From: Lama glama
Taxonomy: Eukaryota
Length of the DNA: 64,000 nt
NCBI GenBank assembly: GCA_028534125.1
Contig: CM052818.1
Coordinates: forward strand, 37,140,001 to 37,204,000
Reading direction: 5' to 3'
This document shows positions 11,776 through 24,240 of this stretch, in pieces. The notes below the pieces were generated by a model. The model made no database searches and was not told the origin of the DNA. It saw only the letters and a list, made by a program, of their open reading frames with translations. Made by a program: the position numbers and the translations under genes. Each line of letters begins with the position of its first letter. The stretch's first letter is position 1.

Positions 11776-14122
11776 ATTCGTCACAGACTGGGCAGGGATT
11801 GCTGAGGCAAGTTTGAGCCATGGGGCCACCAACTGCTGTCCTTGCCTGACACTGTAGGGTAGGCATCTCTGCCCCTAACTTTCTAAAGAAGCTCGCCTCC
11901 TGTATCACGTACTAGGATATCTGGTCACCTCACTTATCCAAATACTAGCTCAGAGTCAGAGAAAAGGCAAAAATATCTGTAGTAAGAATTAGTGGGTCCT
12001 GTAATAACATTCTTGCCTCTGTCTATGGGAAACATTCTAATTCACAACCTGTCTTCTCTTATTTTACTCACCAGCCCCCAAAAGCTTGGGTATCATACTT
12101 CTTACCCACAGGTGATTAAAAGAAGAGGTTAGAAAGAGAAAGAACGCCTAAGGCAAACACTTTGGCGTGAGCAAGACAGTGGAAGTGGCTTACATGAGAG
12201 GGAAAAGGCAGCTTAAAAGGCAATGCAAAGACTGCTGTTGCAGGTACAAACAACCCAGCCCACTGCAGAGAGTCAATGCCGAGGACAGCGGTGGGAGTTC
12301 ATAATGATGACCTTGAATTATCAAGAAAATGTTCCATTGCCTTGGGAAGGGTGCATTTAAGAAGGAGGGGAGTAGCACAAAACAGTTTAGATGAGATCTC
12401 TATCCAAAATATTTCCTTTTACTGAAATTAGACTTATAAGAGGTAAATCTTCAGTAAGCCATACACCTTGATTATATGGAATGACTTAACCTTCTGAGAG
12501 TCCTGGGCAGCTGAGAATGTAATATATAAGCAAAGGCACTGGAGTCATCTTTCCTGCTCTCAATGACTTCAAATTCTTGTTGATAATATAAGTTTTCCCC
12601 CTTCCTAGATGTCTTTGCATTTTAATAAAGGACTTTAAAAGACCAAAATTACTTACAATCCTAAGGGAGTCGAGTTCCAGTAATATAATTCTAGGCACTG
12701 AGAACACAGGAGGAAAGTTTTAGGATGTTTCTGGTTATCTATGCAGAGAGCGTTGGCTTTTCTTTTGTAAAGATCGTCCTGTAAAAAGAGTGATCCTCTC
12801 CACCACTTGTGTCCTTGGGAATCATAAACTCCCGCCTCTGAGGGACCCTCTGGACCTGAACCATGTCCATGAGACAAAGAGCAGAGTGAGTCAGACAAGC
12901 TCATGGCCAAGCAGAAGGCGAAAGAGTAGCCAGAGCAACTGAGGGACTACTTGGTACTAATCAGAAACAAAATTAGGGATCATTTAAGTGCCAAGTGGTC
13001 CTAAGCTCTCAGAGTCAAGACTGTTGAGGTTCTGAGAATTCCGGCTGGATGTCCAGGAGGTTTCTGTTCATTAATTCCATCCATGGCAATGTTTTAAGTG
13101 TCATGAGAATTCAGTGCAAAAAATTAGAAGACTTGGAGCTTTTAATAGTTATCCCCAGGAGATGCCAAGTCTAAGACAGAGGATGGAGGGCACTGGAAGC
13201 AGAGAGGTGGGTGAGGCCGCCTCCACTGCTTTGTTGCTGCGGGCACTGGTGCCCCTGCAGGAAACTCCGCCTGGAATGTGGAGGAGCTCCCTGATTGGAT
13301 AAAGGTTCTAGATGGGAGGAGGCGCCCCTCCCGCCCGCCCCCTTCAGAGGAGCCGTCTACCCGGTTATGGAAACCGTCTACTCAACACAGAGTAGCTCTG
13401 AGTCACTTAAATCTGCTGAACTGTGAGGCATTCCTGCACGTTGTTCCCCAAAGTAATTCAGATGTACATTTCCCTGGTGGAGGCTTGGTGCCCCTCCCAG
13501 AGTGTCACTACCCAACCCGTACTCTTTCTCTGGGAGGGAGAACTTTAGTCTCTGATATTCAGGCAGGAAAGACAGCCACTCAGGTCCACACAGCCTTCCC
13601 TTGACTCCACTTGGCATTTCTATGGTTTGGGAGTGCTGGTTTCTCACTGTAACACTGGAGGAAACAAAAGGCAGTGAGGCTCTAAGTAGCTGATTCAGAT
13701 CTTCAGGGACCAAATAAACCTCACCATCCCAGTCGGGCTGAGACAGGGAGAGTGGCTGTTTCCTGTGCAAAGCACAATCTTCTTTATCAAAAATAATATC
13801 TATTTCTTTATCCAAAATAATATCTGTTTTCTGTGGTTCTTTATTAAAAATAGTATCTATTTTCCGTGGCTAGTATTTATAATTCCATCACTAGAGGCTT
13901 ATTTTCTATAAGTGAGTTCACCTTCTGTGCCTCATCAGTCATTGTACTGCTCGTGTGCTGGAGGAGGAGGGACGGGGTGGGCCGAGGGACGATGGGGACC
14001 TTGGCCCCTGAGAACTGGGAGGACACACTGTAGTGCAGGAGGAAGGCAGACCACAGCAAAGGCACATTTCACTTCCTGACTTCTGGTGTGTGTCTCACAT
14101 AGGTCCTGTCCCTTTACCCCAT

Positions 14123-14497
14123 GTGTTAGGAGCTGAACTGTGTTGAAGTCCTCACCCCAGTGCTTCAGAATGGGACTGTACTCAGACACAGAGTCTTGAA
14201 AGAAGGACTGTAATTAAGTTAAATTAGGTCATTAGGATGGGCCTTAACTCCATCTGGCTGGAGTCCTTATAAGAAGAGGAAATTAGGACACAGATGTGAA
14301 CAGAGAGAAGACTACATGAAGACACAAAGGGAAGACAGCCACCTGCCCGTCAAGGAGAGAGACCTTAAAAAGGGCCACCCTGCCAACACCCTGATCTCAG
14401 ACTTCTTGCCTCCAGAGCTGAGAGAAAACACACTTTCGTTGTTTAAGGCACCCCATGTGGGGTACCTGGTTATGGCGGCCATGGCAGACGGGTATAC
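14123..14497 (+). mobile_element. MaLR solo LTR (MLT1B-like)
   Basis: gtccttataagaagagga, ccctgccaacaccctgatctcagacttcttgcctccagagctgagag, ttgtttaaggcacc. Confidence 0.85.
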
Positions 14498-14794
14498 TTC
14501 GCATCATGTCACCTCTGCCCCACCGACTCACCCCCCCAAGCCCTATTGTCATCATGGTCTCCTGGGAATAAGCTTGCTGAGTTTGGTTTAGCTTACGCCA
14601 CCTGACCTCGAAGTACTACCTTAAGATCTAAAGAGAATCGTATCTGCGGCTTTACTCAACAAAGCCAAATTTAAAATATTTTAGATTTTATCTAGTTCAG
14701 GCTTTCACAAGTCAGTTACTGTGAATAGTAACAAGGAAGCTCAGGAAATTAAGGGAAGAGAGGCTAACCCTAGAGTGGAGGCTCCAGAAATAGT

Positions 14795-15557
14795 GTTTTT
14801 TTAATTTTAATTTTTTTCATTGAAATATAGTTGATTTATAATATGACATTAGTTTCAGGTGTACAACAGTGATTCCGTGTTTTTATAGATTATACTCCAT
14901 TAAAAATTATTATAAAATAATGGGTCCATTTCCCTGTGCTGTACAATGGATTCTGGTAGCTTATTTATTTTATACATAGTTGTTTGAACCTCTTAATTTC
15001 TTACCCCCATCTTTCCCCTGCCTACTTCCCTCTCCCTGCTGGTAACCACTAGTTTATTCTCTATATCTGTGAGTCTATTTCTGTTTTGTTATATTCACTC
15101 CTTTGTTTTATTTTTTAGATTCCACATGTGATAACATATAGCTTTGTCCTTCTCTGTCACTTGACTTTCTTAACTAAGCATACCCTCTACGTCCATTCAT
15201 GTTGTTGCAAATGGCAGAATTTCATTCTTTTTTATTAAATGGCTGAGTAATATTCCATTTTATATATATATGTATATATATATACATATGTATATATATA
15301 TGACATCTTCTCTATCCTTTTGCTTGTCGATGGGCACTTAGGTTGCTTCCATATCTTGGCTATTGTAAATAATGCTGCTTTGAACAGTGGGGTGCATGTT
15401 ACCTTTTTGAATTAGTGTTTTCATTTGCTTCGGCTATACTCAACAAGGGAATTCCTGGATCATATGAAAAAGGACCACAAATAACAAATGTGGAGAAAGG
15501 GGAGGCCGGTTGTACACTGTTGGTGGGGATGTAAATCTGTGCAGCCACTATGGGGAA
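14795..15557 (-). mobile_element. L1 3' end with inverted 5' segment (15467-15557)
   Basis: Poly-T and antisense L1 3' end (tgaaatatagttgatttata...ggatcatatg), then sense-orientation ORF2 sequence (tacactgttggtggggatgtaaat...gcagccactatgg). Degenerate TSD cagaaa(t/c)agt at 14785 and 15558. Confidence 0.85.
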
Positions 15558-15770
15558 CAGAAACAGTTTTTGATGTTTCTTAAAGAGTCATTTACCACCA
15601 TCCTCAGGCCAGAAAAAAACCTCGGTCAAGATCTGGGATGTAGAGGGTTCTAGAGTTCCAAGGACGGGGTCATGGTTAATTAGACTGCTCACCCACCTCC
15701 AACAGGAAGCAGGGTGTACTATCTCCCAGGGAGAGCCCAGGCTGAGACTATCAGCTGCCACTCAGTGCAT

Positions 15771-15772
<2 letters not shown>

Positions 15773-15811
<39 letters not shown>
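15773..15811. repeat. (CA)n microsatellite
   Basis: Direct observation. Confidence 0.95.
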
Positions 15812-15814
<3 letters not shown>

Positions 15815-17439
15815 TGGTAGAAGACTGGGGCCTGCCTGAACAAAGGATTTTCCAGGGGAGGAAGATTCTCTCAGTGGAAGGAGCGTTCAAAACAAGGACT
15901 GGGAGACGGGAGTCAGGAAAAACAAAACTATCAGCCTGATTTTACTCCCCAAAGCTGGGATGTTGCACTGAGCTAGTTCAGCCCTCAATCAAAGAGGCTC
16001 CTGTCCCCTGTCACACCTGCCTGTCCTTCCCAAGATATGAGCTGGGACAGCCCACCCCTCTGTGTAAGTCATTTCCACATCACCTACACTTTCCAATCAG
16101 CTCTTGCTCTATTAGATTGCTTCCTGGAAGAGCCAAATAATAAAACTCACCGGTCAGCCATTCTTTATTCTGTTATACACCAAACTGATTTTTTAAGTTC
16201 AGAACCAATAAAACTGTGATGGCGAAGAACGGATATAGATTTCTCGTTCTCACACACTCATATATAATAATAATAAAACTTTATTAAACAAGAGACATGT
16301 TGTTTCAGGGAATTTTTCTTTCCCCTCTCCAGTGCCCCAAGGCTAAAATATATACAATCTTATTAACTTCCTGGAAGAAATACTCCATTCCCTTGGTGAA
16401 AACGCTGAGCATTCATCTTGGACCTGGAAAATGAGACAAGCCCTTGACATGAAGGTACGTGGGCCACAGTTCCATCCAGGGAAATCAAGGGGAGTGAGTC
16501 TGATTAGGAGATGCTCAAGGAATCTGCATGGAGTCCAAGAAACCTCCTGGAATAGATCCTCCTGAATGTACCAGGTCAGAAAGAAAAGGACAGAGGATCT
16601 GATAGCAGGTTGGCAGAGCAGGGCATGCCAGGTCAGAGTAGACTGGACAGACCATTGACTGGTCTGACTCCTGGTCAGTCAGTCAGTCAGGGGGCTGAGG
16701 CTCAGACAGGAGCTGTCAGTTACCCAATCATGCAGAATACACGGTAGAGCTGGAAACAAGCCTGGCGTCCTGCTCAGGGTTCCTGCTCCCCTTGCCTTCC
16801 AGCCTGCAATCTTGGATTGATCTCCAACAAAGGAACTTCAGCTGTGATTCCCCATCTCCTTGAGATGGCTTCATGCTCCTCAGGGAGATCAGGGCCATGT
16901 CTCCACCTCCCATCTCTGCCTATAGCAAAAGCAAGAGCCACACCGCTCACATGGGCTGGAGAGTCCATCAGTATCAGCCAAAATCTGCTGAAGAATAAAT
17001 GACCTCCACCAGGGCTCAGAAATCTAATTCCTGTAATTCCACCTGAACATGGACAGTGTACTGTCCAGGGAGGGCTGACAATCAGTGAGCATCTGGAAGC
17101 TGCCAGATGGTGGGAGCTGCAGCCCCATTTTCTCAGCCCAGAGCCTTTAGGTGACTAGAAGACAAGAAGCAGGCTGTCACCACGGGTGTCCAGATTAGAA
17201 ATTTGTTGATTGCTCAAGCAAGACTGCCTCTGGACAGCCAGGAGTTTATGACTAGTTTGCAATGAGGGAGGAGGGGATCCAGGACTGACTGACGGGGTGA
17301 TGAGCACTGAGAGACAACATGAGGAACCCAGGCACAGACTGGACCCGAGGCAGAGGAGCACCCCGACGTGTGACGCTCAGCCCCACCCAGCTCCACACAG
17401 CGGCATCAGGATTTAGGGTGGTCTTCATGAGTGAGTGGC

Positions 17440-17832
17440 TGTTCTGGACACTGAACTGAATCCCTCCAAATGTCACACATTGAAGTCCTAACCCGTGATG
17501 TGACTGTATTTGGAGATAGTTCCTTTAAGGAGGTAATTCAGGTTAAATGAAGTCATAAGGGCAGGGCTCTCATCTGATAGGACTGGTGTCCTTATAAGAA
17601 AAGAAGGTGACACAAGACCTCCCTCTCTCTCCACACGTGCACACAGGGAAGAGGCCACGCAAGGACACAGCAAGAAGACGTCGGAGGACAGCCAAGGAGA
17701 GGCGCTCACACGAAACCTGCTGGCACTTGATGGTGGGCTTGTAATCTCTAGAACTATAAGGAAATAAATTTCTGTCATTCAAGCCCCCTAGTCTGTGATA
17801 CTTCGTTGTGACACTCTGAGCAGAGTAATACA
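17440..17832 (+). mobile_element. MaLR solo LTR (MLT1A-like)
   Basis: gtgactgtatttggagatag...ggactggtgtccttataagaaaaga...aaataaatttctg...gagcagagtaataca terminus. Confidence 0.88.
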
Positions 17833-18764
17833 GGGCTGAGAGTGTCAAGCAGGCAAAGTGCAGAAGTTAGGACGGTGCGCAGGGACCCAGGGCTCAGGTT
17901 CCCACCGCCCGCTCCAGATGGGCGAGCAACCTCTAACTGTCAGAATGGAACAGCCCTGGGCTCTTCGAGCACTGATCATCTGTGTTTACCCTTTTCTGAG
18001 GTCCTGAAAACAAGACATGACCCTGTCATTAGCTGGGGTCTTTCCAGGAAAATGGAAAAAGGATCAAATGACCTTTAATGGCCTCTGTGGCCATAGGACT
18101 CTGACTGGAGGAGCAGCACATGCAAAGATTTATCACTGAACATGTTTTACTGGGATTTTCAAACTGCAAGATTAGAAATCTTTCAGCTCCAGAGAAAAGG
18201 CACAACAATGGGCTAATTATAAATGAGTGTGTGTGTGTGTGTGTGTGTATAATATTCCAGATACTGTTCAGTGAAACCAAATCAGATGACTGTCAAATAC
18301 ACATGGTGTGCAGCAGAAGTTGTCTGGATATTTTCACTGTGGAGGAGATAGTTCTAACACACACAGCAGCTGCAAAGCATCGGACAGATTCTCTTGCCCA
18401 CCCTCCTGCCCACCGTTAGCGGAGTTAATTTGTAAGGAGCCTCCCAGTGTTTCTCTGACTCCCACTCTGGCAGTATCAACACTCTGGCTCTGGACCCTGG
18501 GTCCAGCTTCCGCCCTCAGCCTAACTGTATGCTGCATTTTCCTATAGATCCCATTTAAGATCAAACGCCAAATGTTGTCCAAGCAATTACTGTGCACTCA
18601 GCTCTGTGCTTTGCTGAACCATGAGACAGTGACTCAAATGACCTCTGAGGTTACTTCCAACCTGAGAAACAGCGGGGGCTGCTGGGACGTGCATCTTCAG
18701 AGTTTCCGGGTAGTGCTCCCTCCAGGAAGCCTTCCTGATTGCACAGATAATGGAAGTGTTCATT

Positions 18765-19146
18765 AAGCCCCATTAATTCCCTTTCCTCCTGCATCCAGAG
18801 ATAGGCTCTATGTTCCTACCTTGCCTTCGTGGAAATGCGGTCCATGTGACAATAGGATATGAGTGGGAGTGATGTATGTCACTTCCAAATTTAGCTCCTA
18901 ACACATTTGCTTTTTGCTTGTCTGCCAGTGGGAGAGGGAGAAATCAGAATAAAATGCCACGGTCCTAGGAGATGGTGGGGTTCTGCTACATCCGAAAAGC
19001 CTGGATCCCTTAATGACTACACGGAGTACAATCCCCTCGGCCCGCTGCCACATTAGACTGTGAGAAGAGTGAGAAATAAGTCTGTATTGTGGCTAAGCCA
19101 CTGAGAGTTGGAAGTTGTTACAGCACTTGGCCTGTCTAGACTAACA
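18765..19146 (+). mobile_element. Old MaLR LTR (MLT1 family)
   Basis: gagtgggagtgatgtatgtcacttcc; gagaaataagtctgtattgtggctaagccactgagagttggaagttgttacagc. Confidence 0.7.
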
Positions 19147-20469
19147 CTCTGATTGACTCTCAAGTTGAAAATAATAGTCATTTGATCTCTAATTGAACAT
19201 GGCCTTGGATAGGAGCTCGTGAACATGTGCAGACAATTTTACAATATGGTAGAGCTGTGAACACAAACCATGTCTGACCCTAGAAAGCATGCTCCCAATC
19301 TGTTTCTTCAGCATCCTGGGCTACAGTGGTGACCATCAGGTGCAGTGCGAGAGTATAAAAGAAAACCTAACTTGTAATATTCCGGAGCTGGAGAAAACTT
19401 GCATGTGGCATTTTTGTTGCATAGTCTGAATTGTGTCCATCCTTACTTCAACAACATGTCCCTGTCTCATCCTCCCAAAGAAACTGTAGCAGCCTTTAAG
19501 CCGGATCTAGGACCATCTCTGGGGTAACTGTTTGACTGAAGGCAGCAAGCTCAGGGAGTAGGCTTTTAGAGATGGCCCTGCTGGCACTTTCCAAAACCTG
19601 CTGGGCTGCCCAGAGCTTAGCTGAGATGTAGGGGTCTGAAGTAGTGACAGGCTAGGTCTGCGACCCACAGGCACACGGAGGTAAAGAGGCCAGCAAGGCC
19701 TAGGGCTGGGAGCCCAGGACTCCTGAGATGCATGTCTCCTATTTAATTGGAAGTTTCACAAATAAAGAAATTCATCGCATTCTCAATTCTTCCCTTGCTC
19801 AGCTGCCTCCCCGGCCTGGGCCTTGGCATCGCTTGCCTTGGTATAAATCACATTCCATCAGCGTAACTGCAGGGCTTCGGGGATCATTTTGGAATACGAG
19901 GATGTTAATGCACTGGGTTTTGTTCCAAGCAGTGAGCCACCTCCTGGGATTTGGGAATCTCTCTTTTAAATCCAGATAGCACTAATGAGCTAGTAAGGGC
20001 TCCTCACCCCCTTGACTCATTCCCTCACTCCTGGGGCTGCTCTGAGCATTGGGATCAGCCACATCTGGACTGCACTGCAGTCAGCCATGGGCCCGATACA
20101 GCCACCTGCTTTCAACGCAACTGATTCCACCAGAGGCGTTCAAACTGCGATTTAGTCTTCCATTTTTTTTTTAAATTACTAACTACAACCTAAAAATGCT
20201 TTGCACATGTAGGCTCTGGGTAAATGTTTGTGGTTATTTTGATGACAATTGCACTGGTGTCCTTAATCACAGGGTTTGGCCAGGAGCTGTTCTCTAATTC
20301 TACCCCCAAGTGAAAATTATGTTGGGATGCCAAGGAGATGGTTCTTGATGGGGAGGGAAATAAGGGACGATGCATGCTGACAATCAGTTGAGTATCATTT
20401 AGCTTTAGAGCCAGGCCAGTCTCTCAGTGCCCCAAATTTATATTTACCCACTCAAAAAAGCCTCCTCTG

Positions 20470-20670
20470 ACTCTTACTATGCATCGCGGGTGGTTCTACG
20501 TGGTTTACAAACGTTTACCAATTTAACGGTCAGTACTATTTTTTTAATGCCCATTTTACAATAAGAAACCTAGGACAACAGAGAGGTTAGGGAACTTGTC
20601 CAAAGTCACAGAGCGAATAAATGGCGGCACCGGGATTTGAAGCTGCAGAGTCTGGCTCCAGGGACCACAT
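20470..20670 (-). mobile_element. MIR SINE
   Basis: cccattttacaataagaaac...agagaggttagggaacttgtccaaagtcacag. Confidence 0.8.
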
Positions 20671-20859
20671 ACTTCTGCATGTGCCGTCCTCCCCTCTATG
20701 GTTGCCCTGCCTCTGGAACTTAGTTCACATGGTTCAGACTATCTGGAAGGTTGTTTCTGTTCTTCCTCACACTTCCAGATTCTAGCACATCTTTTAAGAC
20801 TCACTTACAACCTAGTTCCCATAGGCGGCCTTCCTGAGCATTCTGCACCGTGATCCAAC

Positions 20860-21110
20860 GGCACAGTGGTTCAGGGTATGGCATTTGGAGTGAAGCTGTG
20901 TAAGTGTAGTTCAAAACCCAGCCCTGCCACTTACTCGCTTTACCATCTTGAGTAAGGTGCTTAACTTCCACGAGCAAAGTTTCCTTATCTGTAAAATGGA
21001 GATGGATACTGCACCCACCTCGCAGGGCTGTTGAGAGGATTAACTGAATTACCATATCCAGAATACTTAGAACAGTGCTTGATTTACGCTGTGCGCTATT
21101 TACACATTTT
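20860..21110 (+). mobile_element. MIR SINE followed by (TTA)n/(TTAGCA)n tract
   Basis: ccctgccacttactcgct...agtttccttatctgtaaaatggag...agggctgttgagaggattaa. Confidence 0.85.
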
Positions 21111-21268
21111 TTATTATTATTATTATTAGCATTATTAGCATTATTAGCATTATTATTAGCATTATTTCTAATTCTCTCCTACTGCTGTTGTGTCCCAGTT
21201 CTGCTTTCCTTATCTGATCCTTATTTCCTGTGAAGTTGCAGGGTTCTCTACTCCTCTTGAAGATGACT

Positions 21269-21375
21269 TGTGTGTGTGTGTATATATATATATATATAAA
21301 AATATATATATATATTTAATATATATGTGTGTGTGTATATATATATAAAAAAATATATATAAAAATATATATTTA
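21269..21375. repeat. Compound (TG)n(TA)n/A-run microsatellite, duplicated unit
   Basis: Direct observation of two gtgt...tata...aaaa...tatatttaat units. Confidence 0.9.
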
Positions 21376-22929
21376 ATTCTCTGACATATAGATTAGTATA
21401 CTGCAGAAAGTAAACATTTGTTTAATAGCCATAATTAATTAATGAGTTGAAGTTACCTAAAAGTATATCTCTAGCCACGAGGATTCAAAAATCTTTTTCT
21501 CTCTCCCACTGAACTGCATATAAATATAAGACACGGGTCTTCATTGATTTTGGAGTGGTGCATCTCGGGGGAAATTGAATCTGTCATAGTTTAAAGAAAA
21601 AAACAACTTCTAAATAAATTAAGAGATGGATTCATTGACTGGGGTGGTCTAGTTAAAATAGGGCACAGATTTCATGGGGTTTAAATATCACTGTCTGTAG
21701 AGCAGCATCAGCCTCCAAGAATTTGTGGCTCCTGATGCCATTTCCTTAACCTTTGCTTTCTAGTCTTGTCTTCAGAGAGGCAGCCACTTATTTACCAGGA
21801 AGATTCTGCAGATATCCCCTGCCGAGTAACTGAGAAACCTTTTGAAGACTGATGTCTTATTATCGCTTGAGGGCCACAGCAAAGAACCACTTACAAAACC
21901 TTCTCTAATATTTGACTATTTAAGTCCTTAGGTCCATTGACTTTAGAATATTCTTAAGGAGTCATTCTGAGGGCAGTAAGTCTCCATGACTTACAAGGAG
22001 TCAGGAAGCCCCTGACGGGCCCCTGGTCTGCGGTGGCCTGGGTGTCTGCAAGGCAGATGCATGCAGTTCCCACTGAAAATGGGAACGAGAGTTTAACTCC
22101 GTGAGAGTGGCTGGCTCAGGACGAGAAGATGAACTCAGTGTAAAGGGGCAGGGCTTCCTGCAGCCTTCCTGTGGGCAGCGTCTCATCATTTATTATTGTT
22201 GTGGAAAGGTAGCCTTTGGGAAGGGGTCAGGGGGACAGGTTTGGACAGCAGAACCTACTTTTCTTATAACAGAAGGAGTAGAACCACACGGTGTTCAGGG
22301 CACTCTTTCTGGACCACGCATCCTCTCCCATCCCTGAGGTTATCAGTAGGGCTCCATGTAGCCATGATAAGGAAAATGAAGTACCAGGGAGCCGATAGGA
22401 TCCCGATGGTTCTATCCCCCTACCCTCCATCTCTCACGTCGCAAAATATTTCCTGCTTGCTTTCCCAATGAACCGTGTATAATTTTGAGGGGTTTTTGTT
22501 TCCTCCTGTTCAGGGACAGTTTGGGATGAGTTGGTGCATCATCTCACACTTCCCTGGCTGCCCTGAATAAATGACACATTGAATGGCGTCCCACAGATTG
22601 CTTTGCTTTTCTTTGACTGTCTGGCTTGGAGGAGTGGAAAAGAGGGGACGACTGGTTAGGCTCAGGGAAAGGGAAGTGGCGAGTCTTCTGGTAGAAAAGC
22701 AATAACCACCCTGTGGTGGTTGTGCTGTGGTTGCTGTGTGTGTGTCACTGGTGAATGGCTTCCCCAATCCTTCTAAAAGAACAATCTCCATAACTCTTCA
22801 AGGCGTGCTTAGTCTTGTGAACAACTGTTGAGAACATCCTTTTTCTTGTTACACCTCGGCACCTTCTCCCCAACATTACACCTTCCTTCACACGTTTTAT
22901 TTCATTCAATGTTTCGCACACAGTATAAA

Positions 22930-23380
22930 TCACCGCCACTCATCATCTCTCAGTGTGTTTCCCTTGTCTCTGCGTCCACCATCAGAACTCCAGTGCAGTT
23001 CTCATCACTGCACACTCAGATGATACTGGTTCAACTGGGCATTCTGCCTCTCTGCCCCTTGGATATCTGTTATTGCATGCTCCCTGACAGGTTAATCTTC
23101 TAAAGTCACTGCCTTGCTTAAGAAAATTCAGGGGTCCTCCATTGCCTACCAAAGGTTAAGCTTAGCCTGGCTTTTAAGGCCCTCTAGAATTTTTTTCTAA
23201 TATATACTTTATAATATTTTCCATCCCCAGGTTTACACCACACTTGTGGCTCTTTGCATTGCTGAATAGCCTGTTCTCTTCCTGGAATGCCCAGTGCCCT
23301 CTTCCTTGCCTCATCTGTCAAGTCATTTAATTCATTTGGCAAAGAAAGTGTGCCTCTACCTCCTCCAACATCCATTCTGT
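22930..23380 (+). mobile_element. L2 fragment
   Basis: taatcttctaaagtcactgccttgcttaa...ctccattgcctac...cttagcctggcttttaaggccct...cttcctggaatgccc. Confidence 0.65.
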
Positions 23381-23389
23381 CCAAGAACC

Positions 23390-23959
23390 TGTTACCTAAC
23401 TCAGGTCTGGCTGCTCGCTGCTCAGAAATCAATACCGAGGGGCAACTGTTGGTAGAAAGGAGTTTAATTTAATTAGAATGATGGCAATCTGGGGAGATGG
23501 TAGACTCAGTATCTCCCCAAAACCAACTCTGAAGATTCTGCTTGGCCATGAAAGTTTTTAAAGGGAAAAAGGGAAAAAAATCTTAGTTAATCATTGAGAT
23601 TGGGGTCAGAGTCATTGCCATCCCCTGCTACGTGCAGGCACGTTGACTTCTTGTGAACTGTCTTTAGATGCTATTTTGTTCACACAGTTTGTTCATGAGA
23701 TTACTGAAGGGAAAGCTAGGAAAGAAATCTGGTCAACCATTAATTACTTATCCTTTCTTCGTGCTTCTTTGATCTACAGAAAGAACCAATAGGTTAGGCA
23801 AGGTGTTGTGTGATCAAAGATTTGAAGATGTGCTTGGGCCAGAGATGAGTAGGGCATGGAGGCACCAGGTTTAAAAGTTAGTTACATGTAGCTTTGCTTA
23901 AATTGACCCAGAAAAGGGGTTTCCTTCTGAGGGTGATTTCCTTCAAAGAGCTGCTTACA
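23390..23959 (-). mobile_element. ERV1-class 3' LTR
   Basis: Minus-strand TGTAAGCAGC...GGTAACA termini, directly preceded on the minus strand by a polypurine tract (G11-ATT, 23960-23973). Confidence 0.8.
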
Positions 23960-24240
23960 AATCCCCCCCCCCCATCAGATATCATTCCATTACTATGGGA
24001 TTCGGGACGAAGGTCCATCTTCTGTCACTTCTTTATGCTGAGAAAGGGCATTGAGGTGTTAGAGTGAAAGATACCAACACGGGTTTGAAGCATTTGTTTG
24101 CTGACACTTTTAGTTGCCTGTTTACACATATGGGCAGAACAAGCTACAATTATTTTGATGTCTACCAAGATATGGATTATTATGAGCAATAGCGTTAATC
24201 TCATTCTCTTAAGGCCAGTTCTGGGCATTGTGCTGGCCAT
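23960..24240 (-). pseudogene. ERV internal 3' remnant: probable env transmembrane/cytoplasmic tail plus polypurine tract
   Basis: Hydrophobic stretch LTLLLIIIHILVDIKIIVAC followed by ...KSVSKQML and a stop just upstream of the PPT and LTR, where env ends in a provirus. Confidence 0.55.
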
